64,000 nucleotides of DNA from Melioribacteraceae bacterium (lineage in GTDB: Bacteria; Bacteroidota; Ignavibacteria; Ignavibacteriales; Melioribacteraceae). The stretch is taken from positions 589,511 through 653,510 of the forward strand of contig CP129490.1 of assembly GCA_030584085.1 (NCBI GenBank), given 5' to 3'. Below are positions 1 through 9,369 of the stretch, in pieces (the stretch's first letter is position 1; every line of letters starts with the position of its first letter). The notes under the pieces are model-generated. The model was not told where the DNA came from and did not search any database. It saw nothing but the letters and a program-made list of their open reading frames with translations. The translations under genes were made by a program, and so were the position numbers.

Positions 1-1886
1 CTTGTAAACTTATCAATAAGTCTTGCAATATTTTGTTTAAGTGTATTTAATAAATTCGGATTCAATCCGAGAGTTTGTATAGCATCTTTCTGTTCCTTTA
101 TTGATGAGATTATATGTTGTTCAAGTTTTTCTCCAAGAGCAGCTGCGTGAATAATATTGTTATAATCCTTAAAGTTATTTGCAATTACATCTCCCACTGC
201 ATGTCTTGCATATTCTGTTAACACATCAATATTTTTTGTGACTTTTGAATAATCTATTAGCGCTTCAAGAATTTGGACTAGATCTTTAATCGGAATGTAT
301 TCTCGCAATAAATTTTGTAGTACTTTTTGTATTGTTCCAAGCGGAAGAACTTCCGGATTAATATCTTCAATAACCGCATTGTAATCTTTTTTCAAGTTCT
401 CTAATAATTGTTTAACTGATTGTCTTGTTAAAATCTTATCAAAATTTTTCTTCAATGTTTCTTGCAGATGAGTTGTTAAAACAGAAATAGCATCGACAAC
501 TGTGTAGCCAAGAATTTCTGATTTTTCTTTGCCTTCCTTATTAACCCAAACAGCAGGGAGATCAAATGCCGGATCTTTTGTAGGAATGCCATCCGGTACC
601 TCGTCAATCAATCCGCTGTTCATTGCAAGCCATCTGTCAGTATGAATTTCAAACGAAGAGACGATGTTGCCTTTAATTTTTATAATGTATTGATTCGGTT
701 CTAATTGTAAGTTATCTCTAACTCTAACAGGGGGAATTAAAATTCCGTATTCTAATGCAATAAATTTTCTTGTTGATGAAATTTTTTCAAATAAATTTCC
801 GCCTTCATTTTCATCTACAAGACTAATTAAACCATAACCAATCTCTAACTCGATCGGATCGACTTGCAGATATTGCTCAACATTCTCTTCTTTTTCTTCT
901 TCGGCGTTCTCTTCTTTGTCCGTAATGTCTAATTGTTTTTTATTCAAACTCTTCTTAGTAAAAAATGAACCGGCACCCGCTGCGATACTTATAAACATGA
1001 AAGGAATCATAGGCATTCCGGGAACAAAAGCCATTAACATAACAACACCGGCAAGTGTACCAAGCACACGAGGATTTGATAGAAGCTGTAACTTCATTTG
1101 TGAATCCAATGATGATCCAGAAGCACTTCGTGTAACCACCATACCGGCAGAAGTTGCAATAACCAATGCCGGAATCTGTGAAACCAATCCATCACCGATT
1201 GTTAAAATTGTATAGCTTTGAAGAGCATCCGTAAATGGCATTCCTTTTTGAGCAACACCTATTATAAATCCACCAATAATGTTTATAGCATTAATTAAAA
1301 TCCCGGCGATAGCATCACCCTTAACAAACTTGCTGGCGCCATCCATAGCGCCAAAAAATTCGGCTTCACGTGAAATGTTATCTCTCCTTGATCTGGCTTC
1401 AGATTCGGAAATTAATCCAGAGCTTAAATCAGCGTCGATTGCCATTTGCTTACCCGGCATAGCATCTAAGGTAAACCGTGCAGAAACTTCAGAGATTCTT
1501 CCCGAACCTTTTACGATAACAATAAACTGGATAATAACGAGAATCATAAAGATGATAAAACCAACAACAAAGTTTCCACTTACAACAAAGCTCCCGAAAG
1601 ATTCAATAACTTGTCCGGCATAACCATCTATTAATATTAATCTTGTTGAACTGATATTTAATGCCAATCTGAATAGAGTCAGAATTAAGAGTAATCCTGG
1701 GAAAACTGAGAAATCTAAGGGTGATTTTATGTATAAAGATAGAACTAACACTAAAAGAGCGAGCGAAATATTCAACGCCAAAAAGAAATCTAAAAATACT
1801 GCCGGTAGAGGAATTAGCATTAATCCCAGCATTAAGATCAAGCCAAATGCTAATATAACATCGCTATTTTTATTGATGCTGAACAT
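1..1886 (-). CDS. flhA: Flagellar export apparatus protein FlhA, C-terminally truncated by the window edge
   Basis: Minus-strand frame is open from ATG 1886-1884 (TAATG overlap with the flhB stop) to position 1. It is absent from the ORF track because it runs off the window. My translation starts MFSINKNSDVILAFGLILMLGLMLIPLP and contains GRISEVSARFTLDAMPGKQMAIDADL, typical of the FlhA TM/FHIPEP region. It sits immediately downstream of flhB. Confidence 0.9.
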   Translation of the reverse strand, partial: MFSINKNSDVILAFGLILMLGLMLIPLPAVFLDFFLALNISLALLVLVLSLYIKSPLDFSVFPGLLLILTLFRLALNISSTRLILIDGYAGQVIESFGSFVVSGNFVVGFIIFMILVIIQFIVIVKGSGRISEVSARFTLDAMPGKQMAIDADLSSGLISESEARSRRDNISREAEFFGAMDGASKFVKGDAIAGILINAINIIGGFIIGVAQKGMPFTDALQSYTILTIGDGLVSQIPALVIATSAGMVVTRSASGSSLDSQMKLQLLSNPRVLGTLAGVVMLMAFVPGMPMIPFMFISIAAGAGSFFTKKSLNKKQLDITDKEENAEEEKEENVEQYLQVDPIELEIGYGLISLVDENEGGNLFEKISSTRKFIALEYGILIPPVRVRDNLQLEPNQYIIKIKGNIVSSFEIHTDRWLAMNSGLIDEVPDGIPTKDPAFDLPAVWVNKEGKEKSEILGYTVVDAISVLTTHLQETLKKNFDKILTRQSVKQLLENLKKDYNAVIEDINPEVLPLGTIQKVLQNLLREYIPIKDLVQILEALIDYSKVTKNIDVLTEYARHAVGDVIANNFKDYNNIIHAAALGEKLEQHIISSIKEQKDAIQTLGLNPNLLNTLKQNIARLIDKFT

Positions 1887-2968
1887 TATACTATACTCTT
1901 CCTCTTACTATGTTTAGCCTTGAATACAAATGCTAGAATTTTTGCGACAGCTTCAAAAAGTTTTTCCGGAATTTCATCACCGATGTTGCAAGCTTTATAC
2001 AATGCTTGAGCTAAAGGCTTATCTTCATATAATGGTATGTTATTTTTACGAGCAATTTCTTTTATTTTCAATGCAACTTCATCCATACCTTTTGCAAGAA
2101 CTATTGGTGCTGAATTTTTTGCCGAATCATATTTTAAAGCAATTGCAAAGTGAGTTGGGTTTGTAATAACAACATCGGCTTTCGGCACTTCCATAATCAT
2201 TCTGTTACGAGACATTTGAAACTGCTTGGTTTTAATTTTCCCTTTAATAAATGGATCACCTTCGGTTTGTTTATGCTCATCTTTAATTTCTTGCTTGGTC
2301 ATCATCATGTCTTTCTTAAACTTGTATTTCTGAAATAGAAAATCTGCAATCGAAAGAACAGCGTAAACAATCAGTATCTTCCACAAAAATGAAAGTGCTG
2401 CATCAGCCATAAAATCAACTATTTCTTCTATTGATTGATCCAGCAAGTTGGTTGATTGAATAATTAACGTGCTTAATGAAATGTAAGTAAACAACCCGAT
2501 CATCACGAGTTTCAATATTGACTTAAGCGCCTCGACCAATGCTCGGGAAGAGAATATTTTGTTTTTTAATCCTTTAATCGGATCGAGTTTTTCAAATTTC
2601 GGCTGTAAAGCTTTAGGTGAAAGTTTTATTCCAACTTGAGCCAAGTTTACTGCAAGTGCTAAAACAATAATGCCAATAAAGAAAGGGGATAGCGATATGA
2701 AAAAAAATCCCGCACCCTTTAATGCGTACATTTGAACTAAGTTATAGCTCAGTTCCAAAGTGCTTAGTGAAGAAAAAACAGAAGTAGAGATTTGAGATAA
2801 TCTTTGTCCTATAAAACCCTGAAATAGAAATAGAATTAACAGACCGGTTCCAAATACGGTAAATGAAGAAATTTCCATACTTTTAGCAACTTGGCCTTTA
2901 TCTCTGGCGTCATCAAGTTTCTTCTGCGTAGGTTGTTCGGTTTTTTCTTGTCCCGGTTGCTCGGCCAT
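1886..2968 (-). CDS. flhB: Flagellar export switch protein FlhB
   Basis: 360 aa. N-terminus is MAEQPGQEKTEQPTQKKLDDARDKGQVAKS. The NPTH autocleavage motif is present (VVITNPTHFAIALKY). Four TM segments. Lies between fliR and flhA. Confidence 0.95.
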   Translation of the reverse strand: MAEQPGQEKTEQPTQKKLDDARDKGQVAKSMEISSFTVFGTGLLILFLFQGFIGQRLSQISTSVFSSLSTLELSYNLVQMYALKGAGFFFISLSPFFIGIIVLALAVNLAQVGIKLSPKALQPKFEKLDPIKGLKNKIFSSRALVEALKSILKLVMIGLFTYISLSTLIIQSTNLLDQSIEEIVDFMADAALSFLWKILIVYAVLSIADFLFQKYKFKKDMMMTKQEIKDEHKQTEGDPFIKGKIKTKQFQMSRNRMIMEVPKADVVITNPTHFAIALKYDSAKNSAPIVLAKGMDEVALKIKEIARKNNIPLYEDKPLAQALYKACNIGDEIPEKLFEAVAKILAFVFKAKHSKRKSIV

Positions 2969-2971
2969 TTC

Positions 2972-3748
2972 TTAACTCATATACTGAATTAGTTGATATA
3001 ACTTTTCTTCATAAAGATGTAGTAGATTTTTAATCATGTGTAAATACAATGGAATTGTAACCATTAAGAGAACAATACCTAATCCAATTTTAAGGGGATA
3101 AGTAACAAAGAAAACTTGCATTTGCGGAATTACTCTTGCCATGATTCCTTCGGCGATATGAACGAGGAAAAAGGAAACCAATATTGGAGATGCAATTTTT
3201 ACTGCAAGTACAAAAACCATTGCACCCATTTTCACCAAGTAATCATACACTTCGGCATTAATAGTGTAATGCCCAAGTGGAATTATAGTAAACGAATAAA
3301 CAGCACCGCGAATTATATAATGGTGACCATCTATTAATATTAAAACGAGTATTGCAAGAATGTAAAGATATTCGCCAAGTACGTTATTATTTGTTTCTTC
3401 TGTCGGATTAAATACCTGAGCCATGGCAAGACCAATATCAAAACCGATAATGGTTCCGGCGAATGATATTGCGTAAAAAACCAATGTGACACTAAAACCA
3501 ATAAGCGCCCCGGTTATAATTTCTTTAATTACGTTGGTGGCTATAAACCAAATTGTGATTTCCAATTGCACACTTGACTTATCTATAAAAGTAAATATTA
3601 AATAGGAAATAACGAGAGCTAAGGAAACTTTTGCCATACTAGGGAATGCTTTATTGCTGAATAACGGAGCTGTTACAAATACAGCAACAATCCGTACAAA
3701 AATGAAAAGGAAAATCATGAAATGTGTAACAAGAATTTCACTCATCAT
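2972..3748 (-). CDS. fliR: Flagellar export apparatus protein FliR
   Basis: 258 aa polytopic membrane protein in the fliP-fliQ-fliR-flhB position. Confidence 0.9.
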   Translation of the reverse strand: MMSEILVTHFMIFLFIFVRIVAVFVTAPLFSNKAFPSMAKVSLALVISYLIFTFIDKSSVQLEITIWFIATNVIKEIITGALIGFSVTLVFYAISFAGTIIGFDIGLAMAQVFNPTEETNNNVLGEYLYILAILVLILIDGHHYIIRGAVYSFTIIPLGHYTINAEVYDYLVKMGAMVFVLAVKIASPILVSFFLVHIAEGIMARVIPQMQVFFVTYPLKIGLGIVLLMVTIPLYLHMIKNLLHLYEEKLYQLIQYMS

Positions 3749-4011
3749 ACAATTGTCACCATTATATTAAACAGTTTTAGTGTTATGCTTATCAGCTTGT
3801 CTAAAATCCATGGTATCAAAAACACGATCATTACTGCAGTGAATAAAATTTTTGGTACAAATGTTAATGTCATTTCTTGGATTGATGTAACTGCTTGGAA
3901 AATTGAAATTGCAATACCAACGACTAATGAAACACCAAGTATTGGTAAAAGTATTATAAATACTGTGTAGAAAACCTCGGTCAATACTTCTATTACTAAT
4001 TCTTCTGTCAT
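3745..4011 (-). CDS. fliQ: Flagellar export apparatus protein FliQ
   Basis: The track ORF is 3745-4053. The likely start is the internal ATG at 4011 (MTEELVIEVLTEVFYTVFIILLPILG), giving about 88 aa with two TM helices and overlapping the fliP stop. The upstream 14 codons are Cys-rich and overlap fliP. Confidence 0.9.
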   Translation of the reverse strand: MTEELVIEVLTEVFYTVFIILLPILGVSLVVGIAISIFQAVTSIQEMTLTFVPKILFTAVMIVFLIPWILDKLISITLKLFNIMVTIV

Positions 4012-4763
4012 TTTAATATTCCTTGCACAACAGATGCAACAATTAGATTCCAACCGTCAACCAATATGAAAAGTAAAATCTTAAATGGAAGAGAAATCAT
4101 CATCGGAGGTATCATCATCATACCCATCGAAAGCAAAATACTTCCGATTATAAGATCAATCATCACAAATGGTATAAACAAAAAGAACCCGATAATAAAT
4201 CCAGCTCTCAACTCACTAAGTGCATAAGCCGGGACTAAGATGTACGTCGGTAAATCATTTCTATCTTCCGGTTGTTCAATATTTGCTAAGCCGACAAATA
4301 ATTCCAGATCCTCATTTCTTACTTGAGTAAACATAAATTCTCTTATCGGTTCAACACCGGCATCATAGGCTTGTTCAAGAGTCATTTCACCGTCCATCAA
4401 AGGTTTTAATGCTATGTCGTTAACTTTAGACCAAGTCGGCGCCATAATAAAAAATGTAATGAACAATGCAATTCCCGCCAAAAGTTGGCTGGGTGGCATT
4501 TGTTGTGTACCTAAAGCATTTTTCAAGAAATGAAAAACTATAATTATTCTTAAGTAAGAAGTGGTCATTATAAGAATAGATGGTGCTAGAGATAAAACAG
4601 TAAGTAAAAGTAAGATTTGTAAAGTTGTAGAAACATCTTCACCACTTTGAGCTTGACCAACATCAATTCCAATTTTGGGAAATGGAATAGTTGATTGAGC
4701 TTGAATTTCTTGTGCTGCTAATGAAAGCAATATGATAAACAATATAATTTTAACTGCTTTCAT
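4008..4763 (-). CDS. fliP: Flagellar export apparatus protein FliP
   Basis: 251 aa with a signal peptide. FliP-like segments include TSYLRIIIVFHFLKNALGTQQMPPSQ and LSELRAGFIIGFFLFIPFVMIDL. Confidence 0.95.
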   Translation of the reverse strand: MKAVKIILFIILLSLAAQEIQAQSTIPFPKIGIDVGQAQSGEDVSTTLQILLLLTVLSLAPSILIMTTSYLRIIIVFHFLKNALGTQQMPPSQLLAGIALFITFFIMAPTWSKVNDIALKPLMDGEMTLEQAYDAGVEPIREFMFTQVRNEDLELFVGLANIEQPEDRNDLPTYILVPAYALSELRAGFIIGFFLFIPFVMIDLIIGSILLSMGMMMIPPMMISLPFKILLFILVDGWNLIVASVVQGILK

Positions 4764-5101
4764 TTACCTGGCCAACTGTTTTTTAATATTTCATGAAATT
4801 TTGAACGAACTTTTTCACTGTTTGGATTAATCAACTGCTCTGAATCAAAATCTTTTTCTTGTAAAAGATTTATTGAATGATCCGAGATTCCAAGAATTAA
4901 AAGTTTGTCTTCAACTTTAACAGCAGCGATATACTTCTTCGGCATTATTGATTTTACACTAACAATATCAATCGGGATTGAATTGTATTTAGCAAAATTA
5001 CCGATGAACTTTTTCTTACTAATAAAAAAGTAAACACCGCCTAACAGCAAAGTTATTGCCAATAGTGGAAAGATCATTTGGAAAACATCGGAGATTCCCA
5101 T
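4760..5101 (-). CDS. fliO: Flagellar biosynthesis protein FliO/FliZ-like
   Basis: 113 aa, one N-terminal TM helix, located between fliN and fliP. Both junctions overlap (translational coupling). Confidence 0.7.
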   Translation of the reverse strand: MGISDVFQMIFPLLAITLLLGGVYFFISKKKFIGNFAKYNSIPIDIVSVKSIMPKKYIAAVKVEDKLLILGISDHSINLLQEKDFDSEQLINPNSEKVRSKFHEILKNSWPGK

Positions 5102-5472
5102 TAATACAATCCTTTTAATCTTTCTGCCGGTTGGCTTAGGTTAGTAATGCGAATTCCGAAATGCTTATCGATCACAACAACTTCGCCTTCTGCAATTTTT
5201 TTGTTGTTTACGTAGATATCAACCGGTTCACTTGCCATCTTATCAAGTTCAATTACGTAACCGCGTTCTAATTCTAGAATATCTTTGATCTGCATTTTTG
5301 TTCTACCCAGTTCAATAAATACATTAAGCTGCAGATCTTGCAGAAAGTCCAGTTTGTTTTCACCGAATGTTTTCTTTGTCGATTCATCAAACTCGTCAAA
5401 AACGGCTGCTTGAGTTTCTACTGATGGATTTCCACTTTTTTCTGATTCGGGTTTTGTTGTTTTATCTTCCAT
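5101..5472 (-). CDS. fliN: Flagellar motor switch protein FliN
   Basis: 123 aa. C-terminal SpoA-type domain (LNVFIELGRTKMQIKDILELERGYVIELDKMASEPVDIYVNNKKIAEGEVVVIDKHFGIRIT). Confidence 0.9.
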   Translation of the reverse strand: MEDKTTKPESEKSGNPSVETQAAVFDEFDESTKKTFGENKLDFLQDLQLNVFIELGRTKMQIKDILELERGYVIELDKMASEPVDIYVNNKKIAEGEVVVIDKHFGIRITNLSQPAERLKGLY

Positions 5473-5490
5473 TTTATTACCACTCTTACT

Positions 5491-6459
5491 TTATATTAAT
5501 TTTTGAATGATCTTTATGGCTTTACGCTTATTAACTAATCCGGGTCTGCCGTAGCCAATAACTTTATTTTCCATTTTTACTTCACAGTTATCGGATATTT
5601 TTTTGTTCAAGTTGATTATATCGCCGACTTCTAAGTTCATAAACTCTGCAACTGAAATTGTTGATTTTCCAAGTTCAATTTTTAAAGGAACTTCTGCATA
5701 TAATAAGCTCTTAGAAATTACTTCACGTGAAGTTGAACCATGATAATCCGTGGGTCTAATTGATGAAAACTTTTGTGAAGCTAGTTTTGCAAGAATTCTA
5801 TCGAAAGAGAAAGTCGCAAAACACAAATTCATAAAATGACTTTCTTCACCTATCATTACTTCAAATGAAATAAGTAAAACTGATTCATTTTGTGACGTTA
5901 TTTGTGCGAAGTCTATATCGGGTTCAAATCTATCAACCGCAAAATCTAATTTATCAACAACGCTCCATGCTTTTGTCAAATTTACCATCGCACTTTCAAC
6001 AACAACGTTTAGAACTTTTTGTTCTATAGGAGTAATGATCTTCGATTCTTTTTTACCTTCGCCACTGCCACCGAGTAAGCGATCAACAAGTACCAAAGCT
6101 AATTCGGGACTGAATTCTAAAATTCCTTTTATATCCGTATTTCTAATATCAAAGGTGAACAAACAAGAGGGATTGGATACCGATAGAACATATTCCGAAT
6201 AATATAGCTGATCTACAGAAGCTACGGATGTTGATACCAATGTCTGAAGTTTTGAAACTAAAAATGAACTCAAACTTTCGGCAAAATTTTCGTGAATGTT
6301 TGTGATGGTTCTTAATTGATGCTTTGATATTCTATTTGGTAAACGAAAGTCAAAAGGAACAGCTTCTTTTTGTTCGAACGAATCGTTTTTTTCTTCCGTT
6401 CCGCTTTTGACGTTGTTTAACAGATTATCAATTTCTTGTTGATTTAGTACTTCAGCCAT
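5491..6459 (-). CDS. fliM: Flagellar motor switch protein FliM
   Basis: 322 aa. N-terminal CheY-P binding peptide style (MAEVLNQQEIDNLLN), a FliM middle domain and a C-terminal SpoA-like domain. Confidence 0.95.
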   Translation of the reverse strand: MAEVLNQQEIDNLLNNVKSGTEEKNDSFEQKEAVPFDFRLPNRISKHQLRTITNIHENFAESLSSFLVSKLQTLVSTSVASVDQLYYSEYVLSVSNPSCLFTFDIRNTDIKGILEFSPELALVLVDRLLGGSGEGKKESKIITPIEQKVLNVVVESAMVNLTKAWSVVDKLDFAVDRFEPDIDFAQITSQNESVLLISFEVMIGEESHFMNLCFATFSFDRILAKLASQKFSSIRPTDYHGSTSREVISKSLLYAEVPLKIELGKSTISVAEFMNLEVGDIINLNKKISDNCEVKMENKVIGYGRPGLVNKRKAIKIIQKLI

Positions 6460-6464
6460 AGTTT

Positions 6465-7031
6465 TTAGTTGATTATATATTTACTGAAATAAACTCTGTT
6501 AATTTTCATATCACTAAAACTGCTTTGCAACTTATTGGTGATTTCAACTCTTAAAGTGTCTTTATAAGTTACGTTACTGAGTTGGTTAATCGTCTTGCTG
6601 GAAAGGATTGAGATAATCATATCCTTAACCAGAATTTGTTTTTTCTCAAGTTCTTTTCTTGTAACTTCAGTTGGTACATCGAACGCAACAGAAGATAGAA
6701 GTAACTGCTCGCCTTTGGTATAAGCCGGGTTTACAATTATGTCCTCTATTTGAAAAATATATTCACCAAAATGATTCATGGTTGTGTCTTTTTCCTCAGC
6801 TTCCGCCGGTGATTCCGCTACAGCTTCAGTTGCGGTTTTCTCGGGAGTTCTTCCATCCATCTTTTTGATTAAGATGTTTGCGGTTATGAAATACACAACT
6901 ATTAATTGAAGTACAAAAAGGGGCAATCCGAAAATCAAGATTTTTGGATTGAATTTAGATTTTGGTTTAACTTCCGGTGTGGAAGTTATTTCCTCTAAAT
7001 TTTCGTCTAAGTTTTTTTCTTTTGGTTCCAT
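6465..7031 (-). CDS. fliL: Flagellar basal-body-associated protein FliL
   Basis: 188 aa, single TM helix, C-terminal FliL-like domain (ends INRVYFSKYIIN). First gene after a terminator. Confidence 0.85.
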   Translation of the reverse strand: MEPKEKNLDENLEEITSTPEVKPKSKFNPKILIFGLPLFVLQLIVVYFITANILIKKMDGRTPEKTATEAVAESPAEAEEKDTTMNHFGEYIFQIEDIIVNPAYTKGEQLLLSSVAFDVPTEVTRKELEKKQILVKDMIISILSSKTINQLSNVTYKDTLRVEITNKLQSSFSDMKINRVYFSKYIIN

Positions 7032-7045
7032 AGTATCTATTTAAT

Positions 7046-7061
7046 TTCAACTGCTGTGCCA
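7046..7061 (-). promoter_or_regulatory. Sigma-54-like promoter candidate upstream of fliL (non-canonical -12)
   Basis: Minus-strand reading is TGGCACagcagTTGAA (GG-N10-GA), only 14 nt before the fliL ATG. It is the only promoter-like motif I see between the flgE terminator and fliL. It lacks the canonical -12 C and implies an almost leaderless mRNA. Confidence 0.3.
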
Positions 7062-7130
7062 TGGAAAAAAGTTCGAAAATTTAGATTTTTGAAGGAAAAT
7101 GAAGAAAAGAGTGGCTGATATTAACCACTT

Positions 7131-7167
7131 GATCAAAATGAAAAGGAGAGAATATTTCATCTCTCCT
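7131..7167 (-). terminator. Rho-independent terminator after flgE
   Basis: Minus-strand reading is AGGAGAGA-tgaaatat-TCTCTCCT followed by TTTCATTTT. Perfect 8-bp stem. Confidence 0.7.
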
Positions 7168-7187
7168 TATAATGGGCTTAACTTAAA

Positions 7188-8894
7188 TTATCTTATTAGA
7201 TTAGTTATTTCTTGAAGAAGATTATCCGCGGTAGTTATTACTCTGGCGTTTGCTTGAAATCCTCTTTGTGATACGATCATTTTTGTGAATTCTTCAGAAA
7301 GATCAACATTTGATTGTTCTAACGCACCGGACTGAACTGTAGTTCCTGTTTCTTCACCCAGACTTCCGATTCTTGGTTCACCCGAGTTTGCGTATGCTGA
7401 GTACATGTTATCACCAACACTTATCAATCCGTTTAGGTTGGTAAATGTCGCAGCCATAATTTGCGCTAATGTTCTCGAATTACCATTTGAAAAAATACCA
7501 ACTATATTTCCGTATTGATCGATATTTAAGTTTGAAAGTGATGCTGCAGCTGATCCGTCTTGACTCAATGCAGAAACAACCGAACTAGATGAAGTCTGAG
7601 TAACACCTGAGAATCCGCTACCGAAATTTAAGTCGATTACAACAGGGTTAGCACCACCATCAGGCTGGAATGTGAATTGCGGATTATTTGGTGAAATATT
7701 TGCAGGATCCAATGTACCATCAGCATTAAATGCAATTGTTCCGCTTGTCGATGTTGATTGTCCACCAGCAGTGCTTGTACCGGGAACGGTTACTGTCCAA
7801 GCCCATTCGTTTGTATTAATCTTTGTGAATTTTAAAGTCAATTGATGTGAGTTACCGAGAGAATCAAATGCTGTAACCGAACCGGAAACTATATTTGGAG
7901 TTCTATTTCCATCAGCTGAAATACTTAGTGTCTGAGTGCTTGCATTGTTTGAAGTGGTTGAAGCATCAATTTGAAATTGAAGATCACCGGCGTTTGCACC
8001 GACACCTGTGAAAGATACTGATGTGTTTGCATCATAACCTGCTGCATTAGGATCAAATTTTTCTTTTGAAGCATCATCCATTACAAAATTACCTGAACCG
8101 TCATCGACAAATGCAACAGTAATTGCTGCTGCTGAAGTACCGACTGAGTTTCCGTCTGCATCCAAAACTTCCCAAGTCATATCATATTCGTTTGGATTAG
8201 CTGTCTCTGTGTATTTTACTTCTAGTTTGTATTCTTCACCAAAAGTATCATAAACTTTTGTGGACACCATTGTGGAAGATCCATCTAAGGTTCCGTCATT
8301 CTGAATATTTCCGCGCATCATAACGCTTTCACTTCTAGTTAAATCAGAATTACTTTTTAAGTTACCGCCCCAGCTAATTAAACTTGTAGCGACAGCTGGT
8401 AATTTTTGGTTTGTGTCGATTATAATATCTTCTAAATTGTTTCCGGGAGGTATTGCGCCTTCACTGTTTGCAATTTTACCTTGAACAATCGCTCCGTTTT
8501 GTGGATTAACCAATTTACCTTCAGCATCAAAAACGAAAGCACCTGCACGTGAATAGAATTGTTCTCCGTTACTCTTAAGAACAAACATTCCCGGACCTTG
8601 TAATGCTAAGTCAGTTGTGATTCCTGTTCTTTCAAATGTACCTTGATTCCAGTTACGATCGATTGAATTGATTTTCATACCAAGACCAACTTGGAATGTA
8701 TTTGTACCGCCTGTGTTTTCGGTTGGGTTTGTACCGGCTTTTACGAATTGATTAAAAGTATCACTGAAAGTAACTCTTGAACCTTTGTAACCTATTGTAT
8801 TGACGTTGGCAATATTGTTACCAATTACGTCCATCATTGATTGGTGGTTTCTTAAACCGGATACACCAGCGAAAAGTGAATTTAGAAGTGCCAT
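7188..8894 (-). CDS. flgE: Flagellar hook protein FlgE
   Basis: 568 aa. N-terminus is MALLNSLFAGVSGLRNHQSMMDVIGNNIANVNTIGYK. C-terminus is SNVDLSEEFTKMIVSQRGFQANARVITTADNLLQEITNLIR. Strong SD (AGGAGG) upstream. Confidence 0.95.
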   Translation of the reverse strand: MALLNSLFAGVSGLRNHQSMMDVIGNNIANVNTIGYKGSRVTFSDTFNQFVKAGTNPTENTGGTNTFQVGLGMKINSIDRNWNQGTFERTGITTDLALQGPGMFVLKSNGEQFYSRAGAFVFDAEGKLVNPQNGAIVQGKIANSEGAIPPGNNLEDIIIDTNQKLPAVATSLISWGGNLKSNSDLTRSESVMMRGNIQNDGTLDGSSTMVSTKVYDTFGEEYKLEVKYTETANPNEYDMTWEVLDADGNSVGTSAAAITVAFVDDGSGNFVMDDASKEKFDPNAAGYDANTSVSFTGVGANAGDLQFQIDASTTSNNASTQTLSISADGNRTPNIVSGSVTAFDSLGNSHQLTLKFTKINTNEWAWTVTVPGTSTAGGQSTSTSGTIAFNADGTLDPANISPNNPQFTFQPDGGANPVVIDLNFGSGFSGVTQTSSSSVVSALSQDGSAAASLSNLNIDQYGNIVGIFSNGNSRTLAQIMAATFTNLNGLISVGDNMYSAYANSGEPRIGSLGEETGTTVQSGALEQSNVDLSEEFTKMIVSQRGFQANARVITTADNLLQEITNLIR

Positions 8895-8918
8895 TTTTAA
8901 CCTCCTAAGGTTGTTTTA

Positions 8919-8970
8919 CTCAGCGTCAGTCGGTCGGCCGAGTTAGAGCGTCCTCATTAGGTCCCGCTCT
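8919..8970 (-). promoter_or_regulatory. GC-rich double hairpin in the intercistronic leader before flgE
   Basis: Minus-strand reading is AGAGCG..CGCTCT (6-bp stem plus an inner CCT/AGG stem), then CTCGGC..GCTGAG around the TCGGCCGA palindrome. It is visibly much more GC-rich than the surrounding DNA. No U-tract follows. Confidence 0.4.
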
Positions 8971-8994
8971 TTATTGTTATTGTTTAATTATTTT

Positions 8995-9369
8995 TTAAGC
9001 AAAAACTACACTATCAATATTTGTGAAAACATTATCATTGCTACCTAAAGGCATTGCTGTGATCACTGTTTTGTTTGGGATGTTTACAATGAAAGCATTT
9101 CCGTTCATCATCACTAATGAATCTTTAGAGCCTTTGTCTTCTGCTCTTTGAACTGCTTCATTAATTTTTCCCATTTCTTCATTACTTAGAACAATGTTCC
9201 TATCTTCAAGCCGTTTTGTTGCGTGGCTTGAGAATTTCAGTTTCGATAACTCATCATTAAGAAGATCATTGAATTTTGAACTGACTTCTTTCGATGAGTT
9301 AAAGCGATCGAAGTTATTATTTTCAATTATCGGGACGAAAGGAACACTTACACCGTTAATTTGTGGCAT
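8995..9369 (-). CDS. Flagellar operon protein of unknown function (TIGR02530-like, between flgD and flgE)
   Basis: The track ORF is 8995-9444. The likely start is ATG 9369 (MPQINGVSVPF). The C-terminal half (KFSSHATKRLEDRNIVLSNEEMGKINEAVQRAEDKGSKDSLVMMNGNAFIVNIPNKTVITAM) matches my memory of the conserved flgD-flgE intervening protein of Firmicutes/Thermotogae. Confidence 0.7.
   Translation of the reverse strand: MPQINGVSVPFVPIIENNNFDRFNSSKEVSSKFNDLLNDELSKLKFSSHATKRLEDRNIVLSNEEMGKINEAVQRAEDKGSKDSLVMMNGNAFIVNIPNKTVITAMPLGSNDNVFTNIDSVVFA

Noticed and set aside
916-1917. Three plus-strand ORFs (99, 114 and 62 aa) in the first 2 kb
   Set aside because: They lie antisense to a continuous, clearly FlhA-like minus-strand frame. 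Their translations are low-complexity with no motifs.
4012-4053. N-terminal extension of fliQ (MESNCCICCARNIK)
   Set aside because: It overlaps the fliP 3' end. FliQ proteins are about 89 aa, and the internal ATG at 4011 gives the canonical N-terminus.
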